Part shown: positions 9,769 to 18,262 of the stretch, one piece after another | Numbering within the stretch: position 1 is the first letter of the stretch | How the letters are laid out: each line of letters opens with the position of its first letter | Assembly (NCBI GenBank): GCA_048938295.1 | Contig: JBHLMI010000021.1 | Span: 1-32,000 of the forward strand | Origin: Promethearchaeota archaeon | Lineage (GTDB): Archaea > Asgardarchaeota > Hermodarchaeia > Hermodarchaeales > Hermodarchaeaceae | Length of the DNA stretch: 32,000 nucleotides | Direction: 5' to 3' | Notes under the pieces: model-generated | Told to the model about the DNA's origin: nothing | What the model saw: only the letters and a program-made list of their open reading frames with translations | Database searches by the model: none | Made by a program: the position numbers and the translations under genes

Positions 9769-10938
9769 TCACGTGTTGGTTTTCAAGACGACTTTGCCGT
9801 CTTTGCGCGTCATCAGCTGGAACATCGCTTGGGCCATGGTGGTGATTGTGGTTTTTTCAGAGCGCCCGATGCTCTGAAAGAGCTGGATGGTCATGGCATC
9901 GCCAGGGTTATCGAAGACCCGGTTCCAGGTGCCGATGATTTTCCCATTGACCCAGACGGTGGGTTGGGCTTCCCCTCTGATGTAGACTTTGTCTTCATGT
10001 TCGGGTTTCACCAGTCGGTTGCGGATCGAATAGCCCTTTGGATATGGGTCCTCGTAGGGTAGGAGCAAAGCTGGGAGGGAGCGGGGAGCCTTGAATTTCT
10101 TCATGGCAGCAAAATCAGATTCCAGCATTACATACTCGCCGAGGCTCCCTTTGATCTGAATTTGCACTAGCTCGGGTTCGAGTAGAGCCATTGCAGTGCG
10201 GATTTGGCTTTTGCCAATTCCAGTCCACCATGCAGCATCTTCTTCATTGACGGGGCCAAAGACTTCGATGTAGCGTTTCAACAGTTGCACTTGGGCATCT
10301 TCGTGGCTGATTGATTCTAGGTCTAACTGTGGGTAGACGATTCCCATTAGGGCATAGCGGTTCTCATGGCGTGTCAGTATCGGATCTGTATATTTCTCAC
10401 TGAACACCTTTCCATGCTGGACTAGTATGGTCATGACGACGTTGATGTTGGTCATGCTGGCGACTTGTTTGCCTACGGGGAGTTTGATGGTCCGGATGAG
10501 CCCGGGGGACATAGATTGTTTGATGATGCGTAAGGGTTGGGGGCCATCCTTGAGTGCCGCATAAATGGAGTCGGCGATACGCTGATATTCGGATTGGGGA
10601 ATTCCCCAGACTTTGAGTTGTTCTGCACTTGTGGCTTTCGCTGCTCTGGTGGCCTGGAACACCATTGGTGCCGTCGCTGTGGGTAGGATGAACAGGGTGC
10701 GGCGCATGCTTGCGAGGCGTATTAGGTTGCGGTTAGCGTATAATTCACGGTCCAGCGACCCCCGTTGGAATTTTGCCATTCGTGCAAACAGGGACAGGTA
10801 GGGTGAGGTGGCGCTGGTGGCATGCAGGGCGATGATATCGTTGACGACCTCGAGGACGGTGTTCGCTAGCGAGGTGTGGAGGAGGTGCTGTTTGTGGAGC
10901 AGGTACTTTGACACGGTGTCCTCTTTCACTTTCTGCAT
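9769..10938 (-). CDS. AlkZ/YcaQ-like (HTH_42) DNA glycosylase, crosslink-repair family
   Basis: IALHAT...PYLSLFAR, MRRTLFIL, RYIEVFGP...DAAWWTG, LLLPYEDPY and PTVWVNGKIIGTW. Confidence 0.8.
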   Translation of the reverse strand: MQKVKEDTVSKYLLHKQHLLHTSLANTVLEVVNDIIALHATSATSPYLSLFARMAKFQRGSLDRELYANRNLIRLASMRRTLFILPTATAPMVFQATRAAKATSAEQLKVWGIPQSEYQRIADSIYAALKDGPQPLRIIKQSMSPGLIRTIKLPVGKQVASMTNINVVMTILVQHGKVFSEKYTDPILTRHENRYALMGIVYPQLDLESISHEDAQVQLLKRYIEVFGPVNEEDAAWWTGIGKSQIRTAMALLEPELVQIQIKGSLGEYVMLESDFAAMKKFKAPRSLPALLLPYEDPYPKGYSIRNRLVKPEHEDKVYIRGEAQPTVWVNGKIIGTWNRVFDNPGDAMTIQLFQSIGRSEKTTITTMAQAMFQLMTRKDGKVVLKTNT

Positions 10939-11124
10939 GGTCAGCCCAAGTTCGGTTCAGTGATTTGTTCTCCTTCTTTCTCAATTGGATATAAATGGGG
11001 ACCATGCAGGCTTTGTTTATCGCAAAACCAATTCAATAAATCATTTAGAGCTCAGTCTATTAGCCTGCATATTGAGTAAGATAAGCCGATTTAGCATGCA
11101 GGCAGAAAAAGGAATCCAGCAAAA

Positions 11125-12102
11125 TTACTTCTGGTATTCCTTGGGGATTTGTACTGCAAACTTACAGTGGAGCGCTCCACTCAACGCAGTTTCAACGGGT
11201 TGCACTGAAACGGGCTGCCCGAAGACGTAGTCCCAGTATTTTTTGGTAAAACCGGCGCTGCAATAACAGAAATTCGCAGAGAGTTCAGCTTCGGTTCCAT
11301 CGCGGATGGCACCGCGCACCCAAGGACAATAACAGACGTAGTAGCGTTTCATTCGTTGATCTTTTACGTCGAGCATTGCCTTGATTTGGTAGGGGATCTT
11401 CGTTTGGATGATTTTGTCGCCCTCACGTATGCCTGGTGAGATGGTTGGCGTATTTTCTACATACTCAATGACGGCATCATCGACATATTGAGCCCATTCG
11501 AGGGTTCCATCTTTTTTGTGTTGGCGGAATCGGTCGACGACTTCCTGGTGTTTCAGGGCTAAGAAGGCGTCAAGGTCGCTGAGGCGGAGAAAATCCTCGC
11601 GGGCCTTCGGTTCCTCAGGACGTCCGTGCAAACAGGGTGCTAGCAAGGCAATGGTGTTGGCATCACCGAGCTCCGACTCCAGTCGCTGCATCACGGCTTT
11701 GGTGACCGCACTTTTGGATCCGGGATCAACGCCTAGCGGTGGCAGGTCAACATCAGCAAAGATCCTGTCGCGAACCTCAGTGCCGTGCTGTTCGGCCACT
11801 CGTTCATAGAGGGTGTCCATGGCGTTGGAGGCTTCAGCGATGTCTAGGACTTCGGCGACATAATCGTAGTTGTGGATGAAGTTGCCGTAGTGAATGAGGG
11901 CTCGAAGTGTATCTAAGACTGCTTTGGGATCCTGCTCCACGAGGTGTTCCGTATAGTGGAGAATGCTGCCCCTTGGCAGGGTCTCGATGTTTTTGGTTTT
12001 CAGAAAGGCTTTCAGGTCCGCTAGATGATTGACAAAGACGGTAGCCTGCTTTCTCTTCACGTCTTTTTCGAACAGATAGGTACGAAATGCAAGTTCATTC
12101 AA
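11125..12102 (-). CDS. DUF6144-like protein with C-terminal C.C / FCYCSAG metal-binding domain
   Basis: CYCPWVR and FCYCSAGFTKKYWDYVFGQPV.V...ET.L.G...CKF; TTG start with GGTGA upstream. Confidence 0.65.
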   Translation of the reverse strand: MNELAFRTYLFEKDVKRKQATVFVNHLADLKAFLKTKNIETLPRGSILHYTEHLVEQDPKAVLDTLRALIHYGNFIHNYDYVAEVLDIAEASNAMDTLYERVAEQHGTEVRDRIFADVDLPPLGVDPGSKSAVTKAVMQRLESELGDANTIALLAPCLHGRPEEPKAREDFLRLSDLDAFLALKHQEVVDRFRQHKKDGTLEWAQYVDDAVIEYVENTPTISPGIREGDKIIQTKIPYQIKAMLDVKDQRMKRYYVCYCPWVRGAIRDGTEAELSANFCYCSAGFTKKYWDYVFGQPVSVQPVETALSGALHCKFAVQIPKEYQK

Positions 12103-12203
12103 CAGCGTTCACCTTCTTTTTTCCCGTGAGGTATGGGTGTAATTTGATGATTATTCGTCGAGCCGTCTTGGGGATGGAAGCGTTTAATGACTGTGATTTT
12201 CAT
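12099..12203 (-). CDS. 34-aa small ORF or gene remnant translationally coupled to the DUF6144-like gene
   Basis: MKITVIKRFHPQDGSTNNHQITPIPHGKKEGERC*; its TGA overlaps the downstream TTG start (TTGA). Below the ORF-track cutoff. Confidence 0.35.
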   Translation of the reverse strand: MKITVIKRFHPQDGSTNNHQITPIPHGKKEGERC

Positions 12204-12402
12204 TTTTGGCAGTTGTTCTCACCAAAAGGGATGACTGTCTCAGTCCATGAGATATTTAATGGTTTGGTAACCGGCGGGTGCGATTTCTGCCCGAAGCCAG
12301 TGGAAACGTGCTAACCAGTGCTTCTCTGGCATTGCACTATTAAGGGAAGAGAGGTCAGGTACTCCACATTACTTCCTTGACAGTACGTGAGGTGAATTTA
12401 CT

Positions 12403-13020
12403 GTGACCGAAGATCCGCCTTGGCTCAACGAGTATTATCAGAAAGTGAATCAGGAAAAGAATGTCAACTTGCAGCGGAAAGACTCGTTCACGAACTGGGC
12501 CTTGGTGACCCTCCTTGGCTTCTTTGCTATCTACGGACAATTCTTTCTGATCACGCTACCCCCCTTCATCCATTTTGGGGCGCTAGCCATTGCCATAATC
12601 TTGATTTTTCGCTTTTATTTACGCTCCTGTATCAGCTTCGCGGATATCCGCCGTCAGAACGTGCTCCGTCGGGCCATCGAGGGCCATTGGATTCATGGGA
12701 AGCCGTCGATGAAACGGATTGAAACGCTCATCCAGGTCTTTGATATTGAGTGTTGGTCTCCGTCCCCGCTCCGAAGGGTGTTGTGGACCCAGCTCAAAGC
12801 CGGATTCATTGTTTTATTTCTCGCCCCGGTTCTTGCGTTAGTCTATGAGACCATCAATCTCCACGTGTTATTCTTCATGTTTATGATTCCCTGGGAGACC
12901 TTGCTGATTAGCTATGGTATTCTCGGGTTCCTCGTCATCTATATCCTCTATGAGCTCATCAGTATCCGACACTATCAACCCCTGCAGATGAAGCCCCGAG
13001 AGACCAAAGTGAAGAATTGA
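12403..13020 (+). CDS. Membrane protein, DUF2270-like
   Basis: RKDSFTNWAL resembles the DUF2270 R.D.TTNWA motif; ~4 TM segments; GAGGTGA upstream of GTG. Confidence 0.5.
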   Translation: MTEDPPWLNEYYQKVNQEKNVNLQRKDSFTNWALVTLLGFFAIYGQFFLITLPPFIHFGALAIAIILIFRFYLRSCISFADIRRQNVLRRAIEGHWIHGKPSMKRIETLIQVFDIECWSPSPLRRVLWTQLKAGFIVLFLAPVLALVYETINLHVLFFMFMIPWETLLISYGILGFLVIYILYELISIRHYQPLQMKPRETKVKN

Positions 13021-13069
13021 ACCCTAAGGTAAGTTGACCATTGTTTCAAACACGGTAATTAGATTCAGG

Positions 13070-13969
13070 TTATTTGGCATGTTTTGTGATTAATTCGATG
13101 ATTTGGGGAGCCACTTGGCGTGGAATATCGTGTCCCATACCTTTGATGATTGTTAGTTGTGCGCCAGGAACCGACGCGGCGGTGTCTTTTCCACCTTCTA
13201 CAGGCATCAAGGGGTCAGCATCGCCATGTATGACAAGCGTTGGCGTTTTCACATTTTTCAATGCATCTTTTCGGTTTCCCGAGGCCAGTATCGCGGCAAG
13301 TTGTCGGGCGGTGCCTTGTGGATAGAAACTGCGGTCGAAGGTTCGGGCGGCAAGGTCGCGTACGTTTGCCTCATCTAGCGGATAGTGGGACCCTGACAGG
13401 ACTTGTTGCCGCTTCACGGTATACTCAATGTATTCGTCGCGGTCACTGGGAGGGGCTTGTAGCAATATCATCTGGGCTTCAGGTTTTGGCTGGGGTAATT
13501 CGGGATTTCCGGTTGATGACATGATGGACGTTAACGTTTGCACCCTGTCGGGATAATTGATGGTCATGGTTTGTGCAATCATTCCACCTAAGGATGCACC
13601 TACCACGTGTGCGGCATTAATTTTTAAGACGTCGAGGAGCCCCACGGCATCCTTAGCCATGTCAGTTAGCGTATACGGTGCGGAAACAACCTTTCCTTGC
13701 TGAACCTCTAGGAGCATGGATATTATGTTGGGTATCCCTGCCTCCTCGAACTTCGTGGATTTGCCCACATCGCGGTTATCAAACCGGATAACAAAATAGC
13801 CATTGGTTGCCAGTTGCTCACAGAACTCGCCCTTCCATCGGATCATCTGCGCCCCTAATCCCATAACCAATAGCATCGCAGGATTCTGGGGATCTCCAAA
13901 GGTGTCATAGCATAAGTCGACACCATTAACTTTGACAATAGTTTCAGGACTCTTCGTGATTTTTCCCAT
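13070..13969 (-). CDS. Alpha/beta-fold hydrolase
   Basis: LVMGLGAQ, FDNRDVGKS, HVVGASLGG nucleophile elbow, HGDADPL and GMGHD; ATG at 13969 with GAGGTGG upstream. Confidence 0.92.
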   Translation of the reverse strand: MGKITKSPETIVKVNGVDLCYDTFGDPQNPAMLLVMGLGAQMIRWKGEFCEQLATNGYFVIRFDNRDVGKSTKFEEAGIPNIISMLLEVQQGKVVSAPYTLTDMAKDAVGLLDVLKINAAHVVGASLGGMIAQTMTINYPDRVQTLTSIMSSTGNPELPQPKPEAQMILLQAPPSDRDEYIEYTVKRQQVLSGSHYPLDEANVRDLAARTFDRSFYPQGTARQLAAILASGNRKDALKNVKTPTLVIHGDADPLMPVEGGKDTAASVPGAQLTIIKGMGHDIPRQVAPQIIELITKHAK

Positions 13970-14150
13970 CAGAATCCACCTCACGATAATACCCCACGCC
14001 TATGCTTTAATCGTTATCTCAAAACCCCTAATACGACACTAACGATGCCTGGGCTGGTGTGAATAATATATATTAGTGGTGCCGTCTATTTCATTCTACA
14101 GATTGTGTTGGCAGATTACGCAATCTATGCAATAGGAGGGAAGAACTATA

Positions 14151-15317
14151 GTGCAAAATCGAAAGCAAATTAGAAAAGTATTCATGGGGCTCGGGTTTAC
14201 GATCCTCTTCGCCTTCATGATGTTGACGCCTCCTAATGTGTTGGCGATTCCAATTGGTGAATGGACGAATATGGAACCCACTACTGCCCCTATACCTCGT
14301 ATGCATAGCCCGTTGGCCTATAATGTCAACGCGGGACGAGTGATGCTCTACGGTGGCTTCAATGCCACATTTGATCATTTAGGCGATACTTGGGCCTACC
14401 GGTATAGCACGAATACTTGGACCAATCGGGCACCTTCCACCTCACCCCCTGCTACGGGCGGGCATTGTCTTAGTTATGACTTGGATTCTCGACAGATCAT
14501 CCTCTTTGGAGGGCATCTCAGTGGTTCGTCTTCCACCATTGTTAGCTATTATGAGACCTGGGCATACGATTACGATACCAATACCTGGACCAACCGCACG
14601 ACAACAACTCACCCACCAGGCACCGCGTGGGGAGACATGGCATATGCTATTCAAGCCGAACGACAAATCCTGTTCGGAGGGCTTGGTGATAGTGCGACAT
14701 ATCTTGGCGACACCTGGGCATACGATTACGATACCAATACCTGGACCGACAGGGCCCCAGCCGCTAGTCCACCAAGACGGTTTGATCACCGAATGGTCTA
14801 CGATAGCGAATCGGACAAGGTCATTCTCGTCGGAGGTATTGGTTTGGGGGCCGCGATTCTTGATGATGTTTGGGCCTACGATTACGATACCAATACCTGG
14901 ACGGAACGCACCTCATTCCCCACAATTATCGCCTCACACAGTCTAGCGTATGATAGTGCGATGGATCGCGTCATCCTTTATGGTGGCGCACGGAACTTTG
15001 GGGAAACCGATCTTCGTGATGAAACTTGGACTTATGACTACAACACTGACACGTGGGAGCTGCTCATAACTGATCCTCATCCCCCAGAGGCTTGTCGTGG
15101 GTACATGACTTATGATGCAGGAGCTGAGCGCACCATCCTCTTCGGCTTTCGTGGACCGCAGCCAGATCCAGTCCTTTATGAGGAAACCTGGGCCTTACAC
15201 TACTTAGATATCACAATACCGCCACCACCATTTCCTGGTTTCCCCACCGCTGCAATTGTCTTGGGCATCGCCCTTACCCTTGGAATTGTAATCTTAATTC
15301 GACGTAAGCGAAACTAG
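14151..15317 (+). CDS. Secreted Kelch-repeat beta-propeller surface protein with PGF-like C-terminal sorting/anchor tail
   Basis: N-terminal signal peptide; ~6 repeats of LFGG...(D/E)TWAYDYDTNTWT; C-terminal PPPPFPGFP-TM-RRKRN. Confidence 0.85.
   Translation: MQNRKQIRKVFMGLGFTILFAFMMLTPPNVLAIPIGEWTNMEPTTAPIPRMHSPLAYNVNAGRVMLYGGFNATFDHLGDTWAYRYSTNTWTNRAPSTSPPATGGHCLSYDLDSRQIILFGGHLSGSSSTIVSYYETWAYDYDTNTWTNRTTTTHPPGTAWGDMAYAIQAERQILFGGLGDSATYLGDTWAYDYDTNTWTDRAPAASPPRRFDHRMVYDSESDKVILVGGIGLGAAILDDVWAYDYDTNTWTERTSFPTIIASHSLAYDSAMDRVILYGGARNFGETDLRDETWTYDYNTDTWELLITDPHPPEACRGYMTYDAGAERTILFGFRGPQPDPVLYEETWALHYLDITIPPPPFPGFPTAAIVLGIALTLGIVILIRRKRN
14556..14902 (+). repeat. Intragenic direct repeats encoding Kelch blades
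   Basis: 36-bp exact repeat ACCTGGGCATACGATTACGATACCAATACCTGGACC at 14556-14591 and 14712-14747; 32-bp copy with one mismatch at 14871-14902. Confidence 0.95.
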
Positions 15318-15344
15318 CAGAATGTCAGAACTAAATGAACTTTA

Positions 15345-15377
15345 AGGAGGCGATAACGCCTCCTGTCTTTTTCTTTT
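15345..15377 (+). terminator. Hairpin plus T-tract terminator-like element between convergent genes
   Basis: AGGAGGCG-ATAA-CGCCTCCT (8-bp stem) followed by GTCTTTTTCTTTT. Confidence 0.7.
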
Positions 15378-15425
15378 GCACTGTCTTATTTGGCTTCAAG
15401 AAGAGAACCCATCATGCAAAGCCGT

Positions 15426-16892
15426 CTATGCTTCGCGAATTTGTGCAAGACGTTTTGCGAGTGCCTTTTTATCCTCAAGGTTTGCCAATCGGCCAATCAT
15501 AATACGTTGGGCTTGTGGAGAACCAGCACCATGCATGGACTCGGTAAGATACCCAACTGCTGCTCGGCCCAATGTTAGGTTCTCAATTAATCTGAGTATT
15601 TTGATGCGATTAATTGTGCTGACATTTTCAACCCCGGTGAGATATTTTTCGATGATTTTCTTGGTTTCAGGGTTTTCCAATTCTTTTGCGCTGGGAAGAG
15701 TGACAAATAAGCCTCCGGCGATGTCTTGGAGGAGACGGGCGATTTCGAAGGGGAATCGGGTGACATTCTGTTTGCATACATTCGCTAATAGAATATCTAC
15801 GAGGTAGTTTCCGGCGTTGGTTGCATGACCGCAACTGGAGCAAGCCATTCCGCAGGCATACAGGGTTTCGTTGAGGTGCACCATTTCGGTGAGCTTGTCT
15901 TTGATGTGGGAAGCGTTCTCCACGCCATTATATTCGGCAATAGTTGCGGCGGCGCCAATTAACACGTCGCCGACCCCTACTTTGCAGCCCCCATAGCTTT
16001 GTCGATGGTAGGCCGCAAAGCTTTCCACCAAACGCCCGCAGAATTCGGATTCTCCATTCATGAAAATGCGGTCATTGGGCACAAAGACATCGTCAAAGAT
16101 AACTAAGCATTCTTGTCCCCCGAACTCAGGGTTCCCACAATCAATATCACCTTCAGCGCTCTGGTCCAATCGTCGAAGATCACTGGATTGGCGTCCGTAA
16201 AAGTAAGTGATACCCTTTGCGTCAGCAGGGACAGCACAACAAATGGTGAACGCTGCTTCTTCATTGCGCATGGCGAGGGTGGGCATAATGAGGTGTTCAT
16301 GGGAGTTTACGGCCCCAGTTTGGTGAGCCTTTGCTCCACGAATGACCACTCCATCATCGCGGCGATCCACCACATGAACGTAGACATCGGGGTCCTTTTG
16401 TTCGGAGGGACGTTTGCTGCGATCACCTTTAGGGTCCGTCATGCAGCCATCAATAACCCAGTCGTGAGCCTCAGTTTGCTTCATGTAATCTGTGAAGCGC
16501 TGGTGATACGTGGTTCCGTGTTTCTGGTCAATATCATAGGTTGTCAAGTAAACAGCATTCATAGCATCCATGCCCACGCAGCGTTGGAAACATGTACCGC
16601 ATCGTTGGCCCAGCAGACGGAGCATTTGCACTTTCTTTTCCAAATCCGTAGTGTTTTGGTGTAAATGGCAGAACCGGTTAATCTGTTTGCTCGTCAACGC
16701 CGAGGTCGCCGTCATGATATCTCGCGTCTGCGGGTCATGGGCTAAGTCATAGGTGAGGGCTACTGAGTTAATGGAGGCTCGCACGATGGGGTGAGTTAGG
16801 GGGTCTTGGAGTTGCTCCCCAGTGAAATAGACTGTCATCGGACCTCGTTTTTTCAAGCTTTGCCGATACTCGTCACCAGTCATAAGAACCAT
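15426..16892 (-). CDS. abfD: 4-hydroxybutyryl-CoA dehydratase / vinylacetyl-CoA isomerase
   Basis: Conserved Fe-S ligand segments CFQRCVGMDA and HRQSYGGCKVG, MTDPKGDRS, GAKAHQTG and ESMHGAGSPQAQR. Confidence 0.92.
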   Translation of the reverse strand: MVLMTGDEYRQSLKKRGPMTVYFTGEQLQDPLTHPIVRASINSVALTYDLAHDPQTRDIMTATSALTSKQINRFCHLHQNTTDLEKKVQMLRLLGQRCGTCFQRCVGMDAMNAVYLTTYDIDQKHGTTYHQRFTDYMKQTEAHDWVIDGCMTDPKGDRSKRPSEQKDPDVYVHVVDRRDDGVVIRGAKAHQTGAVNSHEHLIMPTLAMRNEEAAFTICCAVPADAKGITYFYGRQSSDLRRLDQSAEGDIDCGNPEFGGQECLVIFDDVFVPNDRIFMNGESEFCGRLVESFAAYHRQSYGGCKVGVGDVLIGAAATIAEYNGVENASHIKDKLTEMVHLNETLYACGMACSSCGHATNAGNYLVDILLANVCKQNVTRFPFEIARLLQDIAGGLFVTLPSAKELENPETKKIIEKYLTGVENVSTINRIKILRLIENLTLGRAAVGYLTESMHGAGSPQAQRIMIGRLANLEDKKALAKRLAQIREA

Positions 16893-16985
16893 ATACTATC
16901 ACCTAGGGATGAGAATTGATAATGCTACCTTAGCGGATAGTCTACTTTTGCATTTCGAATTTCATTGAATGACACTTGGTTGCCG

Positions 16986-17735
16986 CTATTTGGTTCGACG
17001 TGGTCTTCCGATCGGACAAGCGTCAATACAAATCGTGCATTCGACGTAGCTATTTGGTGTTGGTCGTTGAGTGAGTTTCTTTTCGACTTGCCGGACCTCA
17101 TCGGGAACGTCTTGTGCGACTGGCTGTTCGGCTGCGTAGGTCAGGCAGCGTGTGATTGTAATTTTGTAGGGTTCCAAGGCTTTTGTGGGGCATGCTTTGA
17201 TGCATTTTTCACAATCGCCGCACAGGTCATCAGTGAATGGTTCATCGGTGTCCAGTTCGGCGTTGGTGAGAACGGCGATTAATCGGATTCGCGGTCCATA
17301 GTCGGGAGTAATCAGGAGGGTGTTTTTCCCTTGGCTGCCTAGCCCGCATCGCACGGCAGAGGTTTTGAGAGGAATAGACAGCGAAAGGCATGCTTCATAC
17401 CCTTGCTTGATCAGGTAGTCGACCAGTGCCCAGGCCTTGTTCTTCAGGATTTCGTAATACAGTTGGTAGCGTTCCGCGGGCACTTCCGGTGTTTGCTTTT
17501 CACGATCAAGAAGATAGGCTGAATCGACTGCGATATTGAGGGATTTATCCCAGGCATAGTAGCCCAGCAACATGACTGATTTCACGGTGGGTAGCACTTC
17601 TTCCGGGATTAGCAGGTTCTGAACCGTATGGACCCATCCGTGTGGTAAACCGCGAAGCGTCTCCGGTGTGGCAATACCCATCGTAACAAAACCTGCATCC
17701 GTTGCAAGTGTCTTAAGAGCAGAAGTCAGAGTCAT
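16986..17735 (-). CDS. QueG/reductive-dehalogenase-like cobalamin and 2x4Fe-4S protein
   Basis: K.SAVRCGLG..GKNTLLITPDYGPRIRL..VLT, CGDCEKCIKACP, RCLTY and CTICIDACP; ATG at 17735. Confidence 0.8.
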   Translation of the reverse strand: MTLTSALKTLATDAGFVTMGIATPETLRGLPHGWVHTVQNLLIPEEVLPTVKSVMLLGYYAWDKSLNIAVDSAYLLDREKQTPEVPAERYQLYYEILKNKAWALVDYLIKQGYEACLSLSIPLKTSAVRCGLGSQGKNTLLITPDYGPRIRLIAVLTNAELDTDEPFTDDLCGDCEKCIKACPTKALEPYKITITRCLTYAAEQPVAQDVPDEVRQVEKKLTQRPTPNSYVECTICIDACPIGRPRRTK

Positions 17736-17917
17736 TTTACAGAATCCACCCAAATACTGCATTGTAAGCTAATGTGTGATTTCAGTTAAATGATTTCTAC
17801 AAACTAGCGGAGTGTTTTGATCGTGAAGGTAGCTTGACGGGTTTAATCCTGTCAGACACTTTTTTGTCCGATAAATTTGTAAGGCGGTTTTTTCTATAGA
17901 AGTAACGAGGTGAAATT

Positions 17918-18100
17918 ATGTCAAAGGAAATCAAATGCCCGAAATGTGGTGAAAAAAAGAAACTAAGGCTGATGTTGTTGGATACGCCTGCGAATCGGAA
18001 GAGAGAGGAGGAGGATCCGGATGGTATTCTGTTGGTGGCATCGAAGGCGTTTGACGGCAAGTTGGAATGCCTGAAGTGTGGGCATTTCTGGGATGCCTAA
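17918..18100 (+). CDS. 60-aa zinc-ribbon protein
   Basis: CPKCG near the N-terminus and CLKCGHFW at the C-terminus; GAGGTGA upstream of ATG. Confidence 0.75.
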   Translation: MSKEIKCPKCGEKKKLRLMLLDTPANRKREEEDPDGILLVASKAFDGKLECLKCGHFWDA

Positions 18101-18262
18101 TTAGGTGTAGGCTTGAATCTGTGGCAGCTTGCTCAGAACCATGAGAAACGTATGGTTGATATTAGCCTAGAAACCCGAGGCCTTCATAAGTACTCCTTTC
18201 TGGTGGGTGCGTGGACCTTTTCCTCTTTTATGTCCAATGTTAGGGGAACTGGTGGAAGTCTA

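Noticed and set aside
14556-14902. 36-bp repeats ~156 nt apart as a possible CRISPR array
   Set aside because: The repeats are in frame within the Kelch CDS and encode blade ends; the spacers are too long.
17835-17865. 7-bp stem plus T-tract upstream of the zinc-ribbon gene
   Set aside because: Short stem with a wobble pair between divergent genes; chance occurrence cannot be excluded.
18113-18262. 50-aa N-terminal extension of the methyltransferase ORF (similarly 28414-28596 for PK_C and 167-247)
   Set aside because: Low-complexity, non-homologous upstream read-through; internal ATG codons give family-typical N-termini.
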